The notes under the pieces are model-generated. The model saw nothing but the letters and a program-made list of their open reading frames with translations. It searched no databases and was not told where the DNA came from. Of a stretch of 64,000 bases of DNA, positions 27,939 through 42,709 are shown in pieces. The stretch lies in the NCBI GenBank assembly GCA_965213685.1, contig CBDBZY010000018.1, positions 224,001 to 288,000 of the forward strand. Reading direction: 5' to 3'. Within the stretch, counting starts at the first letter, position 1, and the number at the start of each line of letters is the position of its first letter. The translations under genes and the position numbers were made by a program. This DNA is from a bacterium (GTDB lineage Bacteria; UBA8248).

Positions 27939-28479
27939 TTAAATGTCCTAGTATTGTGTTTACAGCGCAGTAGTGTGATTGTCCGCCGTTCCTGCATAAC
28001 GCTTCGCACGGTCGTATAAGAGCGTTCGTACTCGCGGCCTTCCGCAGGCTGGGCGTGGCTTACTTTGGCCTCTGCCTTTGCAGCTGCGCCTTTGGAAACG
28101 CTTACGATAAATTTGAGAGCTTCACGTCTCACGACGTGTGCATCACGATATCAGGCCAGCAATATATACATGTACATAGCGGAATAAGGTTGCACGTGAC
28201 ACACTTGAGCCTCATTTCCGCTCATGCGCATGCAGGCACTAATTCCGGGTAGCGATTTTTTATCTGACGTACACTTTCTGGACTTAGGCTGGGGGCACGT
28301 ATAGTCACGTGATTTAGTGTGTGTAGTCACGTGGTTTTATTGCATCGGTTTTGTGTAGATTACAGTATAGTCTACTAGTATACAAAAACGTGAATAGACA
28401 AAGGCATAGCTAACAGAGGCACTGCTCGATTATGTGTATTATATATACATACACAAAGCGTAATCCCTAGGTACGAATG

Positions 28480-28920
28480 TTTAAAGTAAGCCTATCAGTG
28501 TTTTAGTAAATTCCACACTTAGTGTCCACGACCATGGTTTGCCTGATTCTGTAATTCATTTAGTCTCAGATTCTGCTTTCTTTTTACATGTTCAAGTCTT
28601 TCTCGCTTTGTCTGAACACTTGGATCATCATCAAGAGGACAAGTTTGGGAGGTCTACCACTTGGAGCTAGTTTACTTCCCTTTGTGACTCTTTCACGCCT
28701 TCTGTATATGGCAGTTGGCTTGACGTGCATATGTCTTGTCCTAGAAGCCTTTCGAACGCCATCAAAGACCTGACAATCCCGCCAAACGATCTATTTCCTG
28801 CTAAACACAATTTGCAATCAAGTTTGCGCATGCGCATTTCGTCTAGCGTATACGTTTGTCCAGAGATCAAGTCCAGAAAGTGTACGTCAAATAAAAAATC
28901 GCTTCCGGGTATTGCATATT
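28480..28920 (-). mobile_element. Degenerate Penelope-like RT C-terminal fragment
   Basis: VHFLDLI..GIVRSL..ICTS..LPYTEGVKE resembles the FLDV / GII.SL..R...IC / LPY..G.SE motifs of Penelope-like elements. Confidence 0.45.
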
Positions 28921-29319
28921 GACCACACCCGTGAGGGTCAAGGTTCACAATTAAGACCATCCTGTAGCTGGAGAAACAGCTGTTCACATGAAGATCGGGT
29001 GAGGGTGCCAAGCAACGTGAAGACGGACGATCACGCGCTTCATGAGCGGCCAGAATGATTACTGACGCTGAACTCAGAATGACTGAAGGTACGGACAATG
29101 GACTACCTTTATCCGAAACCCTCACAGAGCATGATTGCGTGGGAACTTATTAATAGCACCGCTAGACTCCAAGTTGTGAACAAGCCTTCATTTAGCTCTA
29201 TGTGTATGTGGCAATTAAAGAGTTCCTGTAAGCTATCAGTGTGTGTTTGAATGTTGTGATACTCTGATACGTGTATATGTACATGTACATGTATATACTT
29301 CGCTGTGCAATTTTCAACC

Positions 29320-29418
<99 letters not shown>

Positions 29419-30222
29419 GTAACGAGATAAGCCAAGTGGATGAACTGGCTCAACTCATATGCCTTACAGACTGAGACAAGACAAAGGTACAGATAACCAT
29501 GATAAAGGTACAGATAACCACACCCACTGCATGTAGTCAAGATGGATCGAGGGCCATCTGCAGTGATAGAGCTTCCTTCCTTTCATTGCTGAGTTTGTTT
29601 CTCCCTCCCTTGCTCTCTTCTCCCTCTCCTCCCCCTCTACTCCCTCAGGTGTTCCAGAAGCACTCATTCTCCGACCTCTGCCAGCTCAGAGGTGAGTGAG
29701 TGGTAGAGCATCCCCCTACTTCTTTACCTGTCCTCCTCCCTTCCTGCCTCCCTCCCTCCCTTCCTGCCTCCCTCCCTCCCTCCCTCCCTTCCTGCCTCCT
29801 TCCCTCCATCCTTCCCTTCCTGCCTCCCTCCCTCCCTCACTTCCTGCCTCCCTCCCTCCCTCTCTCCCTTCCTGCCTCCCTCCCTCCATCCTTCCCTCTC
29901 TGACTCAGGCTTTGAAGTCTCTCTCCCCTATCCCTACTCCACCACTTGGAGTGGCTCTACCTGGGAGGAAACAAGATCCAGGTAGCCACCCACCTTCCTT
30001 CCCACCCTCTCCTTCCCTTTCTCCATCTCCCTTCCCTTTTTCTTTCTACCCTTTCCTCTTTCTTTCCCCCACTCCCTCCCTCCCTCCCTCCCCACCTTCA
30101 CCCACACAAACTCGCCACATACATGTATGACAATTCCTAAACCATAATATTATGACAAGTCCTAAACCACAAGCCACCTGTACCACTCTCTCCCTAATAA
30201 GGCACACCATGCAGCCACCAGT

Positions 30223-30414
<192 letters not shown>

Positions 30415-30667
30415 CATGGAGGAAACAGAAGTGGGATATGTACTTTTACATAGGCCTCTTCCTACTAGGCGTGCTAATCTGTCCTCATGCACTGCACCAA
30501 GCAATGAATATTGTTTGCATGGGTGGGCTGATCTATAATGAGTTATAGTGTGCACGGTTATCGTGTTTGAGAGTTATGAAGATTGTGGTGAAACTGAGTT
30601 GTTGACTGAGGTTTGAACTCTAGCCTTAGGATAGTACCATCAATCCTGCACTCCTCTGCCACCAGAC

Positions 30668-30740
30668 ACCCAGTGGCTCAGTAGTAAGAGTGTCTGACTA
30701 GTATTCAGAAGGTCCTGGGTTCAAATCCCAGCTAGGTCCT
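30668..30740 (+). mobile_element. tRNA-derived SINE head
   Basis: A-box-like gtggctcagtagtaagag, anticodon-like arm tctga-ctagtat-tcaga and B box gggttcaaatccc. Confidence 0.6.
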
Positions 30741-32188
30741 GACTCTTTCAGGACTTCTTCAACAACTCAGTTTGACGTAGACGAATACCTCTAATTCCAT
30801 CATGTCTCTCTCTCAAGTGAGCTCTAAATGGTGAGTATGGTTCCCAGACCAGTGCTCTCCATTCGTGGACCAAGTTCTCCTCATAGTGCATGCATGTGCA
30901 CCATGTCTGGAAACAAGTGCAAAGTCTGAGAATGAGGCTGCAGAGGGTGATCAGAGTGGGCATTTCCTGATGGCAAGTCTTTCAGTGTTCTCCGCAGAGT
31001 CACTCTCTCAATATATGTGTACATGTATGCTTAATTAGCTAGTCAAGTATTCCAGTTGAGTCCAGTGTTTCTACACTTCCGTTCTGTCTGTCTGTCTCTG
31101 TCTCCCCGTCCATCTGTTTGTCTGTTCTGCTGTCCCTATTGGAACTCTCTCTGCCTTTCATATTTCTTTTCCTTCTCACCACAGAACAAGTATAGATGTG
31201 CCACTTCATTTTGATGGTGGGTCAGTGTAATCTCCCGACTACAAGTGTGGCTTACAAGTACACTGCAGGCAAGTATAGCAGCCTTTCATGCAGCCACAGA
31301 GAGCAAGTGGTGGCTATCCTCTCAGAGTGAGTGGTTCTGGTGAGATACATGTTCACTGCACACCTCAATCACTGATACTTGTCCACTGCAGTGGCTGTTC
31401 TCAGCTGCGTTGACGGGTGGGAAGAGACAGTGAGGAACATACCGCGTATAAAGGGCTCACAGTGGCGTTTAACTCCATGAGTACTGATATACATGTACAT
31501 GTGCCATAGATATCCCATGGATGGGACTTTGAACTCGTGTGAATAGCAGATCCTTTGGTACATTTGTTGATGCGTAGTTCCACGGATGAAGAGGGAAAGG
31601 TCGACATAAAAACGATGGCCGTTTCGAAAAAGATCAATGTGTGGAGACATGCGTTTCCAAGACGTTAGAGACTTACATGTACGCGTACCGCGTACTGGCG
31701 CGGGTGAGCTGCATAAGATCTTCCAGCTTGCTGGACACAAAGGCAGAAGCAGCATTTCAGGAAGCGAGCAGTGAGTGTGTGCTCTCCCCCTCACGCTGCT
31801 GACAGTCTCTCTCACTGACGGACGTTAGACATTAGACAGTGTTGGTGTCAGTCTTATACATGTCTACTCACTTGCTCTGCATACGCACATTATGCACACA
31901 TATTGCTGTACATGTACATGTTACGTTGTCTCTACTACTGCTACATGTATCATCTTTCATTTTCTTGTTATACCTCATTCCTCTACCTCAAACTTTGTCT
32001 ATTCTATTCCTATTCCTATCACATATTGAGAGCCGCTAGTTATATGCACGTCTTGCGTATGCATGCACATTTCTATTTACTCTCCCTCCCTCCCTCCCTC
32101 CTCACTATCTCTGTCCTTCTCATTGACAAGGACATTTTGATATTTTAGTATTACTGCCAGTCAAAAGAATGTTCCAACATACACATAT

Positions 32189-33377
32189 GTGAACGGATCT
32201 GCGAAAACCGACCACCTTGTATCCTAGTCTCGTGAACCAGACGTAATCCCGCGGGGAATTACGTCTGGGCGCACCTGCCAGGGTTTTGGGCCCTCTGACG
32301 GAATGTTGTCAGGGCCAATCAGATTGCAGCAAGCGCCTTATTACATTCCGCAAAACATTCCTGCCACCGTGCAAGCGTAGCTACCGTCCCCGTACTGTGG
32401 CTACAGCTGTCTTCTCCGAGAGCGCGATTGACTTGGCAATACGCAGAGCAGCGGAGAAGCTCGGATACTCCAAGCTACGTCACCAGCAGGTGAGAGCCGT
32501 CAAGAACTTTGTACAAGGCAACGACGTAGTTGTGAGTCTGCCAACCGGGAGCGGGAAGTCTCTATGTTATTAGACTACATCCTTCCTGCTACCTTCGACT
32601 CGTTGTTTGGAGCTGATAGTCGACACCTTGCACGCTGTATCTTCCTCTCAGATTGTACAATCAAATTCTTTACGCGTTTAGGGTTAATTATCATTACGTC
32701 ACCGCATACCGCGCAGATCCCAAAACCCTGGCAGGTGCGCCCAGACGTAATTCCCCGCGCGCCGCGGGATTACGTCTGGTTCACGAGACTACTTGTATCC
32801 GCTATCGAAATCGAGATAGCGCAATGAATGATGTCATTGAGGTGTGGTCTAGGTCTGGTGAAAATTTGGAAGCGATCGCCTGTATAGTTTTGGAGATACG
32901 GGCCTTAGAAGCACGGAGAGTCGGCTAATTTAGACGCACGCGTTTTCCAGAAAACGGGCGTTTATTGCGGTTGCTAGGGCGTGTTTTGCGTAGTCCGTAT
33001 ACTTCCGCGATACTTACAGTTTTTACACGAGTACTCGTGTTTACTTGTAATGGGCTGATTCTCCATACGATATAGCCATTAGGCAAGCTACAAGTCGTTA
33101 GCGTAGCTTGTAGATCATGTTCTTCGGCTTAGCAACGCACATCGTATACTCTACTAGACTATAACGGGGCGCTCGAATAGGCTGCATGTTTCACGCTATA
33201 GCGCTCGAACGGAAGCGCTGATGGCTGTCAAACTCCACCACGATGTAGCTAAAGGACCCAGGATTACAGTGGTATAATTAAAAAAGTTTGGGTCTAGAAC
33301 TACATGACCGTGTTCAAACGCCCGTATCTCTAATGTACATATTTTACAAGGTGGTCGGTTTTCGCAGATCCGGTCAC
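32189..33377. mobile_element. Non-autonomous TIR element flanked by ATAT (Sola1-like AWWT TSD, tentative)
   Basis: 33-bp TIR GTGA(A/C)CGGATCTGCGAAAACCGACCACCTTGTA at both ends. ATAT at 32185-32188 and 33378-33381. Confidence 0.8.
32225..32791 (+). mobile_element. AcademH-like non-autonomous DNA transposon with a RecQ helicase remnant, nested
   Basis: 9-bp TSD CTTGTATCC (32216-32224 and 32792-32800) and perfect 30-bp TIR TAGTCTCGTGAACCAGACGTAATCCCGCGG. Internal LGYSKLRHQQVRAVKNFVQGNDVVVSLPTGSGKSLCY matches RecQ motifs 0 and I. Confidence 0.85.
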
Positions 33378-33673
33378 ATATACATGTAAATCCTGTTGGA
33401 GAACAATGCTCTCTTGTCAGACTGTACTAACTGTTGTTAACTGTGATGTCACCTGTGTGTCTCTTTATAGCATGTATAGTGATGTAATGGTGTAGGCTTA
33501 TTTAGAACTTTGTGTTGGCTGTGTAGTTCCAGCCACTTGTTCATAAGAGTCAGTGCAATCACTTATGGTCAAAGCCGAGTCAGTCGCAAGTGCTTCTCTT
33601 TGCAACATACCCATCCCTTAATTACACCATTCACATTTCACTTGGTATATTCCTTCCCCACAACCACATGCGT

Positions 33674-33784
<111 letters not shown>

Positions 33785-33933
33785 AGATACAACCCCCTGT
33801 GACACCTTACCTTTTACCTTCACCTTCAGCTGATACCAATTCTTCCTCTTCCTTCCCCCACTTCCCCCCTTTGTTCCTCATCCTTACCTTTCTCCCTCTC
33901 CTGTTCACCCACCAAGATAAGGTACTATTCCAA

Positions 33934-36900
33934 CTATGTCCCTGCCCCATGCTGTGATGAGCTAGTGAGGTGGTGCCTACCTTCACTCTCTCTCCTCTGC
34001 CGTTCTTCCTCCAACTTGGACCCACTCAGGACATTAGTTAGTGTCCACTTATCTTCCTCTTCACACTCTGCAGTTGAGGCAGAGATACATGTGCAGTTAC
34101 CTAGGCAACACTTGCCAGTAATTAGTGCAGTACTCCTCCCTCTGCCCACAGAGGAGATCACATTACATCATCCACTCACAGCTGACATCCTGTGCATAGT
34201 GCACTATGTACCCACAGGGAGGACATGCCACAGCCTTGTACATGTACATACCATCTCACCACATCTCCTACTGCTACTGCTGCCCACAGCATCACTCCAC
34301 AGTGAGCAGTGTGGCCAGTCCCCCACTCCACTCACTGCCACAGTGCCCATCATGCTGCCTACCACACTCACTCCACTCACCAAACTCCAGGACTGTGGTG
34401 TCAGAGAGCAGCGGCCAGTCATTCCAAGAGGTATACTTGATAAAGTTATCAGAGACTCCAGCCACAGCCACCACCAACCTCTTTGTAGGAGTGAGGTGGA
34501 TCACTCCACCACCATGCAAGCACCGTGGAGTCAGGGATCCTGGGGGAAGGAGTACCTGTAGGGAGGGGAACAGGAGAACACTCAAATGTACAGCAGTCCA
34601 CACAATTGTCTGCTGCTCCACTGCTTACTGTTGGCTGTCAGTGGAAGTGTGTTGTGTATTATCTCAAAGGCTGCACATCACCTCCTACACACCCACTGCA
34701 TTCACTGCTCTCCAGTAATGGAGCAGCCCATTCCTCACTACTCTCTCCCTCTCCATACCACACAACTCTACACCACATGACTTCTCTACATGCACTGCAC
34801 ACACTGCCATATGCTCTGCACATGCCAACCTCTATCCACTCACATGCCACACCTACTCACTTGGTTTGGCTGCACAGGACAATACCACACACACCACAAC
34901 ACACCATCACTACTGGTATAGGGGCAGGCTTACAAGGGGAAGTGTTCAGCTGAGCACTAGCCACACATGCAGTGTGAAGGTCATTGCCGCACAACAGCAC
35001 CACTAAGGGGACATCAACACACTCACTGCCTCATGAGCTCACAGTTCACTCACCTCCTCCCACTGGATGGCATTAATATCGAAGAGCCACACATCTCCCA
35101 GTGGCTCGCCTGTATTGGTCTGACCTCCCACCATCACCATACATGGGTGTGGTGGGTCTTTGTCTGGATCCCACAGACTGTAGGCTGTGTGAGCCTGCCT
35201 CTCCTCAGGCCATGGCTGGCCTGTCTGAGGTAGCACTGGTCCAGTCCAGTGCTGAAGAGGGAGAACAATTTGAAAACACTTTGAGAACATGTAATCCACT
35301 CACATATGCACATGCTCCAGCTCAGTAAGGCACCCTCCCCTCTCTACACTGCCTGTATGGACTCACACTACTAGCTAGCCACACATGCCAGCCCATGTAC
35401 ATGGAACATGTACCTGCAAACCTCTTCTCCCATGCACACTAACTGTCATGTACACTGTACATACATGTACACTGTATGTAGTCTACATGTGGATTCTGTC
35501 TCATCATGATAAGAGCAACATCTTGTCCACTACTCTATCAGTTACTATGCATGTACACGCCACTATTGGGTCCCACCAGAGACAATATATTACTGTATGT
35601 ATGCCCATATTCACGTGTGTATGCTCATATTCATGTAAATGTACACACATGGAGAAGGCACTAATTATGTGTTTTATTGTTCAAACAACTGAACTACATA
35701 AGCAGTAGGCCACAGGTAATCTCAGACAGTACATTATTAATATCAGCCACTCACCCATGCCACAGTGTCCAGGATGAACACTGCATTTTTCAACCTCTTC
35801 CTCTCTGCATCAAACCCACCAAACCACATGACTCTCCTCCTGTCCACCCTAGTGAGGGTCATGCCACCAGATGGAGGTGGAGTCCTACCAGTGGTGGGTG
35901 GAGTGGACCACTGACCTGGAGGGGGAGGGAGGGAATGGTCTGGGACTAGCCACACCCACTGGCCTGGGAACACTGCTCACATGATCCACCAACACCCACC
36001 AGGTAAGGCACAAGGCACTCTGCTCCTCACAATCTACACCACTACATACTGACATGTACTAGTCAACATGTGAGGAGCTCTGCAATGCTCTCACTGTACT
36101 TGCTCTATTTGATTCTTTTACCATAAAATCGAACTCTGTTGCTGTTGGGGTAGGCGAATGGGAAATATGTAAACAATTAACTTCTTATTCACAGACTGTA
36201 GTGGTATTGTGGGCATGGGAGTGAATACAGTTCATAGTTGACACAGAAGAGGTGCCTGGCTCTGCAATGCTCTGACTGTACTTCATTTGAATATTTTACT
36301 ATGAAATATTTTGTTGGGGCCAATGGGAACTATCTCAAATAAGTAAACATTGAAACTTCCTGTTTATCATAGACAGTGGTGTAGTGGTATTGTGGGCATG
36401 GGAATGAATACAATTCATAGTTGACACAGAAGAGGTGCCTGGCTGACTGTCCAAACATGAGCATGCCAGGCTGATTGCCTGACATGATACAGGTACATAC
36501 ATGTACATAGCAGAGGGTGAGGGATGTGACTTGTGTAGGGCAGCATACATAGTCACATCATTTGCATGCCCACCTCATGTGGTGAGAGGTAGCATGTCTG
36601 TGCATATATGTATGCTAGAATAGCTGACATGGTTACCATGTACACAGGAGGAGAGAGAGAGCTTCCTTATTAGGAAGCATACTATCACCATGCCTGGCCA
36701 CGCTGTGTGGGTGTTTCCCAACTGTCTATGATGGGGCACAGAGACCACCTCCACCCTAACTAACAGCTCCTCCTCAAGCAGCCACTGCTAGAGAGGCAGC
36801 ACTGCAGCACAGAAGAGACAGCCTAGCACCAAACATTACTAACTAGAGGAGTGGTGCAGCTGAGGAGGGCCTTGGAAACAAGAGAGACATGTCTACAGCA

Positions 36901-38272
36901 GATGAGCTCATATCAGCTCCCACGACTGCTCTCTGAGACTGCACTGGAGGGAGAAGCTCGGCTGCAGTAGAGACACATTATATATAATTGCTTATAAATA
37001 GATTGGCCTCTGAGACAATAGACAGGAGAGAGGTCCAGCTATGTAGTCCAGTTAGAGTTGATAACAACTTCTCAGCATGAGAGATTGCTCAGTGATAGTA
37101 CTAGACAGAGGGAGCTGCAGAAAGTCACAGCTACAAGAAGCTCAGGTGCAGTAGAGAAACGGATTGCTTTGAGGGGGTCTGGGAGAATGCCACTGAGTGA
37201 ATTATTGAAGTACAGACACTCTCAGATGGATTCTGAGGCATTCTGCAAGTCATAGCCATTCTCATTATTCTGTTGGGGGATGAAGTTGCTTTCTTGGGGG
37301 AGGGGGTGATATCCCAGGCCTTTTCCTCCCCCTGCATGAACCCCTGCTGATTTTGCAACACAACTGTACCCCATACACATGGCCACATGTACAATCATGC
37401 ATACCTTACTGCACCTAATGATATCCTAAAATTTGAGGTACATAGGAGAGGGCAAAGAAAAGGTATAACTGATCTGCAGCACATGACCACACTTATGCAT
37501 ATTACATGATGCATTACCAGTAATTGGTTTCTAATCCTCAAGCACACATACTTTGAGTAAGGATGTCATGCTCTGGCAGCAATCAGTTGTCTCTATCTGC
37601 ACTGAGTTTGTGGTCTGTGTCTGGTGTTATTACATGTGGCCATGTGTAGAGGTCAGCTCATACATGCAGTGGACCAGTTGTAACCTCATGCACAGCATGT
37701 GAGGCAGAGTAAAGGTACTGACAGTCCATGCACACACCTGACTCAGAGTTGTAGTACAGGAGCTGATTGGTGTGTCCTCGACCTTTACTGTCCCCTGGAT
37801 TAGGAATGAAGCCTGTCATTGGTTGGTAGGTAGGACATTCTGCGTACCCTCCAGCAGTGAGTAGATGCCCATTGGACAATGCGACAAGACCAGAGTTCAC
37901 AGTGCGTAGCATTTGGCCAGTGCTGACAATTCTCTTCCATACAAAATTTTGTGAGTTGAAAACAGAGAGCTCATTGCAGAAGCCTGGGTCACCACTGTTC
38001 CCACCCATGAAGTACACATTTGTGTGGTACGAGGTGACTGCAGCACCTTGGAACCATGATGGCAGCTCACCAGATGTCGGATATTTCTTCCATGATAAGG
38101 CTACGCCATCAAACATCTCCACTTCTCGTGGTAGCGTGAAAATGCTTTTGTGCTGGAATGACTTAAGCATGCCCCTAAACATCCAGAGTTGTGAGCCAAT
38201 TGAAAAGGTCGGTGCATCAAAACGTTCCTCAGGATCATATGAGCCAGTTGGCTGTGCAGGAGGCTCAGCCAT
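33934..38272 (-). CDS. Kelch-repeat beta-propeller protein (~400 aa, 5 exons; the 3-prime end may extend further)
   Basis: Phase-consistent exons 38272-37738, 35915-35755, 35251-35054, 34555-34381 and 34067-33934. Repeats include VYFMGG..NELSVFN..W, LLTAGGY..NQLLYYN..W, MWFGGF..NAVFILD..W and MVGG..DVWLFD..W. There is an alternative donor G|GTAGGC at 33980. Confidence 0.85.
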
Positions 38273-40479
38273 GGCTGGATCTGGGGAGAGAGGGGGGAGG
38301 GGGAGATAGCCACTGAGTGAAGTTTCAGCCACGACAATACACATTTGTAGAAGTACACATGTATATGTGAACATCTTTCAGGTCTGATTTGAGACAGTGG
38401 AAGAAGATTGTAAGCTACAAACACTTGTAGTACGTGCAGCATGTGCAGTAGGCATATCTCAACACACGTGGGTATCAGTGCACTGGGCAGTGCTTCAAAG
38501 TGTGTAAGGCAAACTAGGCAAGTGCAGTCCAGTGTTGCGGCCAGGCTCACACCACTTGCAAGAGGTTGCTAAACTGAGAGAAGAAACCCCTTTATGTAAT
38601 GTAGCCTTACTATCTAACTAGCTACTAAGGAGAAACCCCTTTATGTAATGTAGCCTTACCATCTAAGTACATACTGAGGTTTCTATGCACAGTGAGGGAA
38701 ATCCCATGATGCATTGTACTATGAGCTAATCCCATCATGAGATGGATTTCGTGGCTGCACACAAGGACATTCTGGAGCCATCTCATGCTGCTTGATGTCT
38801 GATCTATATCACTCTATGCAAATGCTAGACATGTACCTCAAAGGGTGAAGTTACCATGAAGATACTATGTGCATACTGTCCACAGACCATTACAGTTGCT
38901 GACATGAGGAATGAGGAGCAGGAGTTTTGTGCAGTGGGTGGAGACCTGATGCAGCAATGAGTGATATGCCATGCCCATTGAAGGAATGTCAGCGCACAAA
39001 GATAGTGAGAACTGGCATGTAGGGGTGGAAGTATGGAGCAAGGAATGGTGCACTAACAGTAGCGGGTTCAAGCGGTACGGAAACGCCGCACGGTGTCATT
39101 AGAAACCCGCGATGGCTACTCTGAGCGTTACAGTCCTACTGTTAGGGGAGGGGCTTGCTATGGTACACAAAGAGATGTATTCTGAACCGAGGGCTGTCCG
39201 CTGAGCAGGGCAAAGGCTAGGGCCGCGCTTGTATATGTGAGAAAGCAAGTGACGCTCGGACTGGCAACGGGGAAAGGATGCTCGGATCATCCGATGTGTG
39301 ACGGGACAAGGTCTGAGAGCTAGGCTTGACACTACTCTAGTCCTACCATGCAATCACAAGAGTAGCAAAATGTCTAAAGGCTCTTGCCATTTGTTCCCAC
39401 AGAGATACACATTATGGCTTCGCGATCGCTGCCGGCCGCAGCGCTTATGATGTATGCTATACTCCGCGCAACTTCTAAGCCTTTGGCTGTAAACTTATTA
39501 TGGCTCACTCTTTTCTGGGTTCTCCTAGCCAGTTGAATGCTCCCTTTGTTTTATCTTGCACGGCGAGGTTCACTCCGATCTGCCCCACCCTTTGCTCGAT
39601 AGTTTCCTCTTAGTATACGTATATACGCGACGTTGAGTCTCATGCAAAACCGGAAGTTCAGTGGGAAATATTGTTCAGCTCACATGAGGGCGACAAGCCA
39701 GCAATTCGAAGGCGCCAGCAAAACGCTGTGTTTCTGAAGTAAATATTGAGCTATGGCGTCCAAGACTGTCACTTTTTCCTACTGTCTCTCTACTGTATGG
39801 CTCTATCTGTTGTCTTTTATTCATTTGTCGTATGTTTGCTAGTTTGCGAACATGGAAGCGTCGATCCTAGTCGGGTTTTTTTCCAGCACTTTTGACGGCT
39901 ATTGTTTTTACGTCAGCTCTCGCTTGTTTAGATGCTCCCCCCCCCCCCCACACACACACACACACACTCACCTACACACTCACACGCATGCACATTTTCG
40001 CCATCCACGCCTACTAAAGAGACACGTGAGTTACTCAGTACACGAATCAGGCGGAAAGTATTCGCAGCGCCTAGTGTAGCTCGCCTCCTATCAAGAATAC
40101 TATTGCTAAGCATAAGTATTCTAGCTATTTGCCTTGAGCGAGCCAGACGTATTTTCCGTGTACGCATGCGCTCGAGACTATAATTTTTGACGTTGCGTGC
40201 TCGTGTTCGCAATGGTTTGCCATAATGAGAGTCAGGCCCCTTGTATGAACTGCATTCCGACTCTTCTACATAATTATTATTATAGGCTGTCACTTTCAGG
40301 TCTGATTTTTCTTTCCAAATATATATTTTTTGTTTCATGCATATTTCTACTATGATCTCTAGAGGTGAATTAAGTGGCATGTGAGAGGGGTATAGCTATG
40401 ACAACAAAGAGTCGGTACAGCGTAGTACATAGGAAAATGACACAGACCGCTTTGGAATACACATCAGACTTGTTCTCAA

Positions 40480-42666
40480 GCCATCTACTATGCACCCAAG
40501 AAGCTCAAAACCTTGTTGTAGAATGATATGGAGATATGCTCATGCAGACTTTCCTCTTGCACAGCAACTACTTTTTGAAGTAGACTGGGACAGGATCATT
40601 ACAGATGATGTTGACTCCTCATGGCTGAATTGGCAATCCAAATTCCTTGAAATAATGGAGATCTGCATCCCCAAAAAAGTACTTCCCTCTAAACGCCGCA
40701 ACCTTCCATGGCTAACCAAGAGAATTGTGCAGGCAATGCGCCGAAGAAATGCTCTATTTAAACGGGCCATGAGAAGTAGAGTTGATTCTGACTGTGCCAA
40801 ATACCGTGAAGTAAGGAATAATGTTGTGAGTAGTCTCAGATCTGCCAAGAGTGCCTACTTTCATAAACCATCTAATTCTAAAAAGTTTTAGCAAGCGGTG
40901 AAGTGTCTCAACAAGAACTGCTCTTCTATCCCCACTCTGACACATAACAACGTAAGTTATGAGTCAGATGAAGACAAAGCTGCTGTTCTCAACTCACATT
41001 TTATCAGTTGCTTCAACAACACTGTTGAACCATTACAAGTACCAGATGAAGAAACATATATTTCTCACCAAGTACCTGTGGATCTGTCCAACATTATGTG
41101 CAGTGAAGAGGAAGTTGAAGCAATGCTTCATTCACTTGACACTACTAAGGCAAATGGCAAGGATGGAATTTCAGCTCGAATGCTCAAGGAAACTGCTGCT
41201 GCAATTGCTCCTTCAATAACAAAACTGTTTATTTTATCTATCCAACTCTGTCGTATACCTCATGCCTGGAAGGATGCAATTGTTATGCCTATTCCTAAAA
41301 AGCAGGGTGCCAAGACCCCCACAGAATTTAGACCAATATCCTTGCTCCCAACTCTAAGCAAGGTCCTTGAAAGACACTTCTATTTGCTAATCTCAGAGCA
41401 CATAAGTGACCACTCTCCCCTTTCTACCTGCCAATTCGGCTTTCAGTCTGGGAAGTCTACCATTTCTGCCTTACTGTCAGTGACACAGGACTGGTTCAGA
41501 CAGCTGAAGGAGAGACAAGAGATAGGGGCAGTGTTTTTCGATTAAAAAAAAAAGCTTTTGACTCTGTTCCACACCTCCCACTGGTTGATAAGTTTTAGAA
41601 ACTTGAACTTCATCCTTATATCATTCAATGGGTTCATCACTATTTAGCTGACAGAAAAGAGTGTGGTGGTGAATGGAGCATCATCAAACCCATTAAGAGT
41701 TACATCTAGTGTGCCCCAAGGATCAATCTTAGGTCCACTACTCTTCCTCATTTACATTGACGATATTGCACACATCTCATTATCTGAGGGATCTAAACTG
41801 GTTCTGTATGCTGATGACATTCTCCTGTACCACCCCATTTCATCACCACGGGACTATGAATTACTCCAATGTGATATAGATGCTGTGCAGGCCTATGCTT
41901 CTACTCAACATATGACCCTCAATACGACCAAGTGCATATTCATGTTGGTGTCTCAAAAGAATAGGCCCAGCATTCCAAGTGTCACCATCTCTCTCGACGG
42001 AGTACCACTTGAGAACATCACCACTTTAGATGTACTGCTGTCTTCTGACCTCTCCTGGTCAAGTCACATACAAAAATCTTGTTCAAAGGCAAGGCAGTTA
42101 TTGGGACTCCTTTATAGGAGATTTTACAGACATTCAAGTGAACAAACTCTATGTCAACTCTACATTTCATTAGTACTTCCACATTTGCAGTATGGTTCAT
42201 CTGTGTGGTCTCCCCATCTGCAAAAGGATGTCGCTATGTTGGAAAAAAACTCAACATTTTGCTTGTAACTATGGGATTCCAACTACTATGAGCTCCTTGA
42301 CCAACTTTGAGTTCCAACCCTAGCTAATCACAGGCTGCACACTGACCTGTGTTTGCTGTATAAGATCGTCTATGGAATAATATACTTTCCACCTGACATA
42401 ATCATTCCTAGTGCCAGGGTCACACACAGTACTCACTGTCACTTACTTCACCAGCCATTTGCGCATACAGATGCCTACCTTAATTCTTTTGTTCCTAGGT
42501 CTATATCTTTGTGGAACTCATTACCTAACTCTGTTGTATCATTATCCTCTTTCACTAGATTTCAGCATACTTTATCATTATATACCTTATACTCATTAGC
42601 TCCTGCTACTCTGTGTATCCATGCTCTACAGCTAAATTTTCATAGAAATTGTCATAGAAAAAAAAA
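40480..42666 (+). mobile_element. 5-prime-truncated, degenerate CR1/L2-group LINE
   Basis: Broken ORFs with KANGKDGISARMLK, FRPISLL, QFGF, FFD, VPQGSILGPLLF and YADD. Ends in an A-rich tail. Confidence 0.92.
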
Positions 42667-42709
42667 GTAATGCAGAAAAAAGACAACGTGTACTGCAATT
42701 ATTTAATGA

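Noticed and set aside
32286-32573. Host RecQ helicase gene
   Set aside because: Only motifs 0 and I are present, followed by a stop, inside TIRs with a TSD.
39400-39760. Promoter of the kelch gene (CpG-rich, ACCGGAAGT)
   Set aside because: Plausible, but short motifs and CpG richness also mark young transposons in this window.
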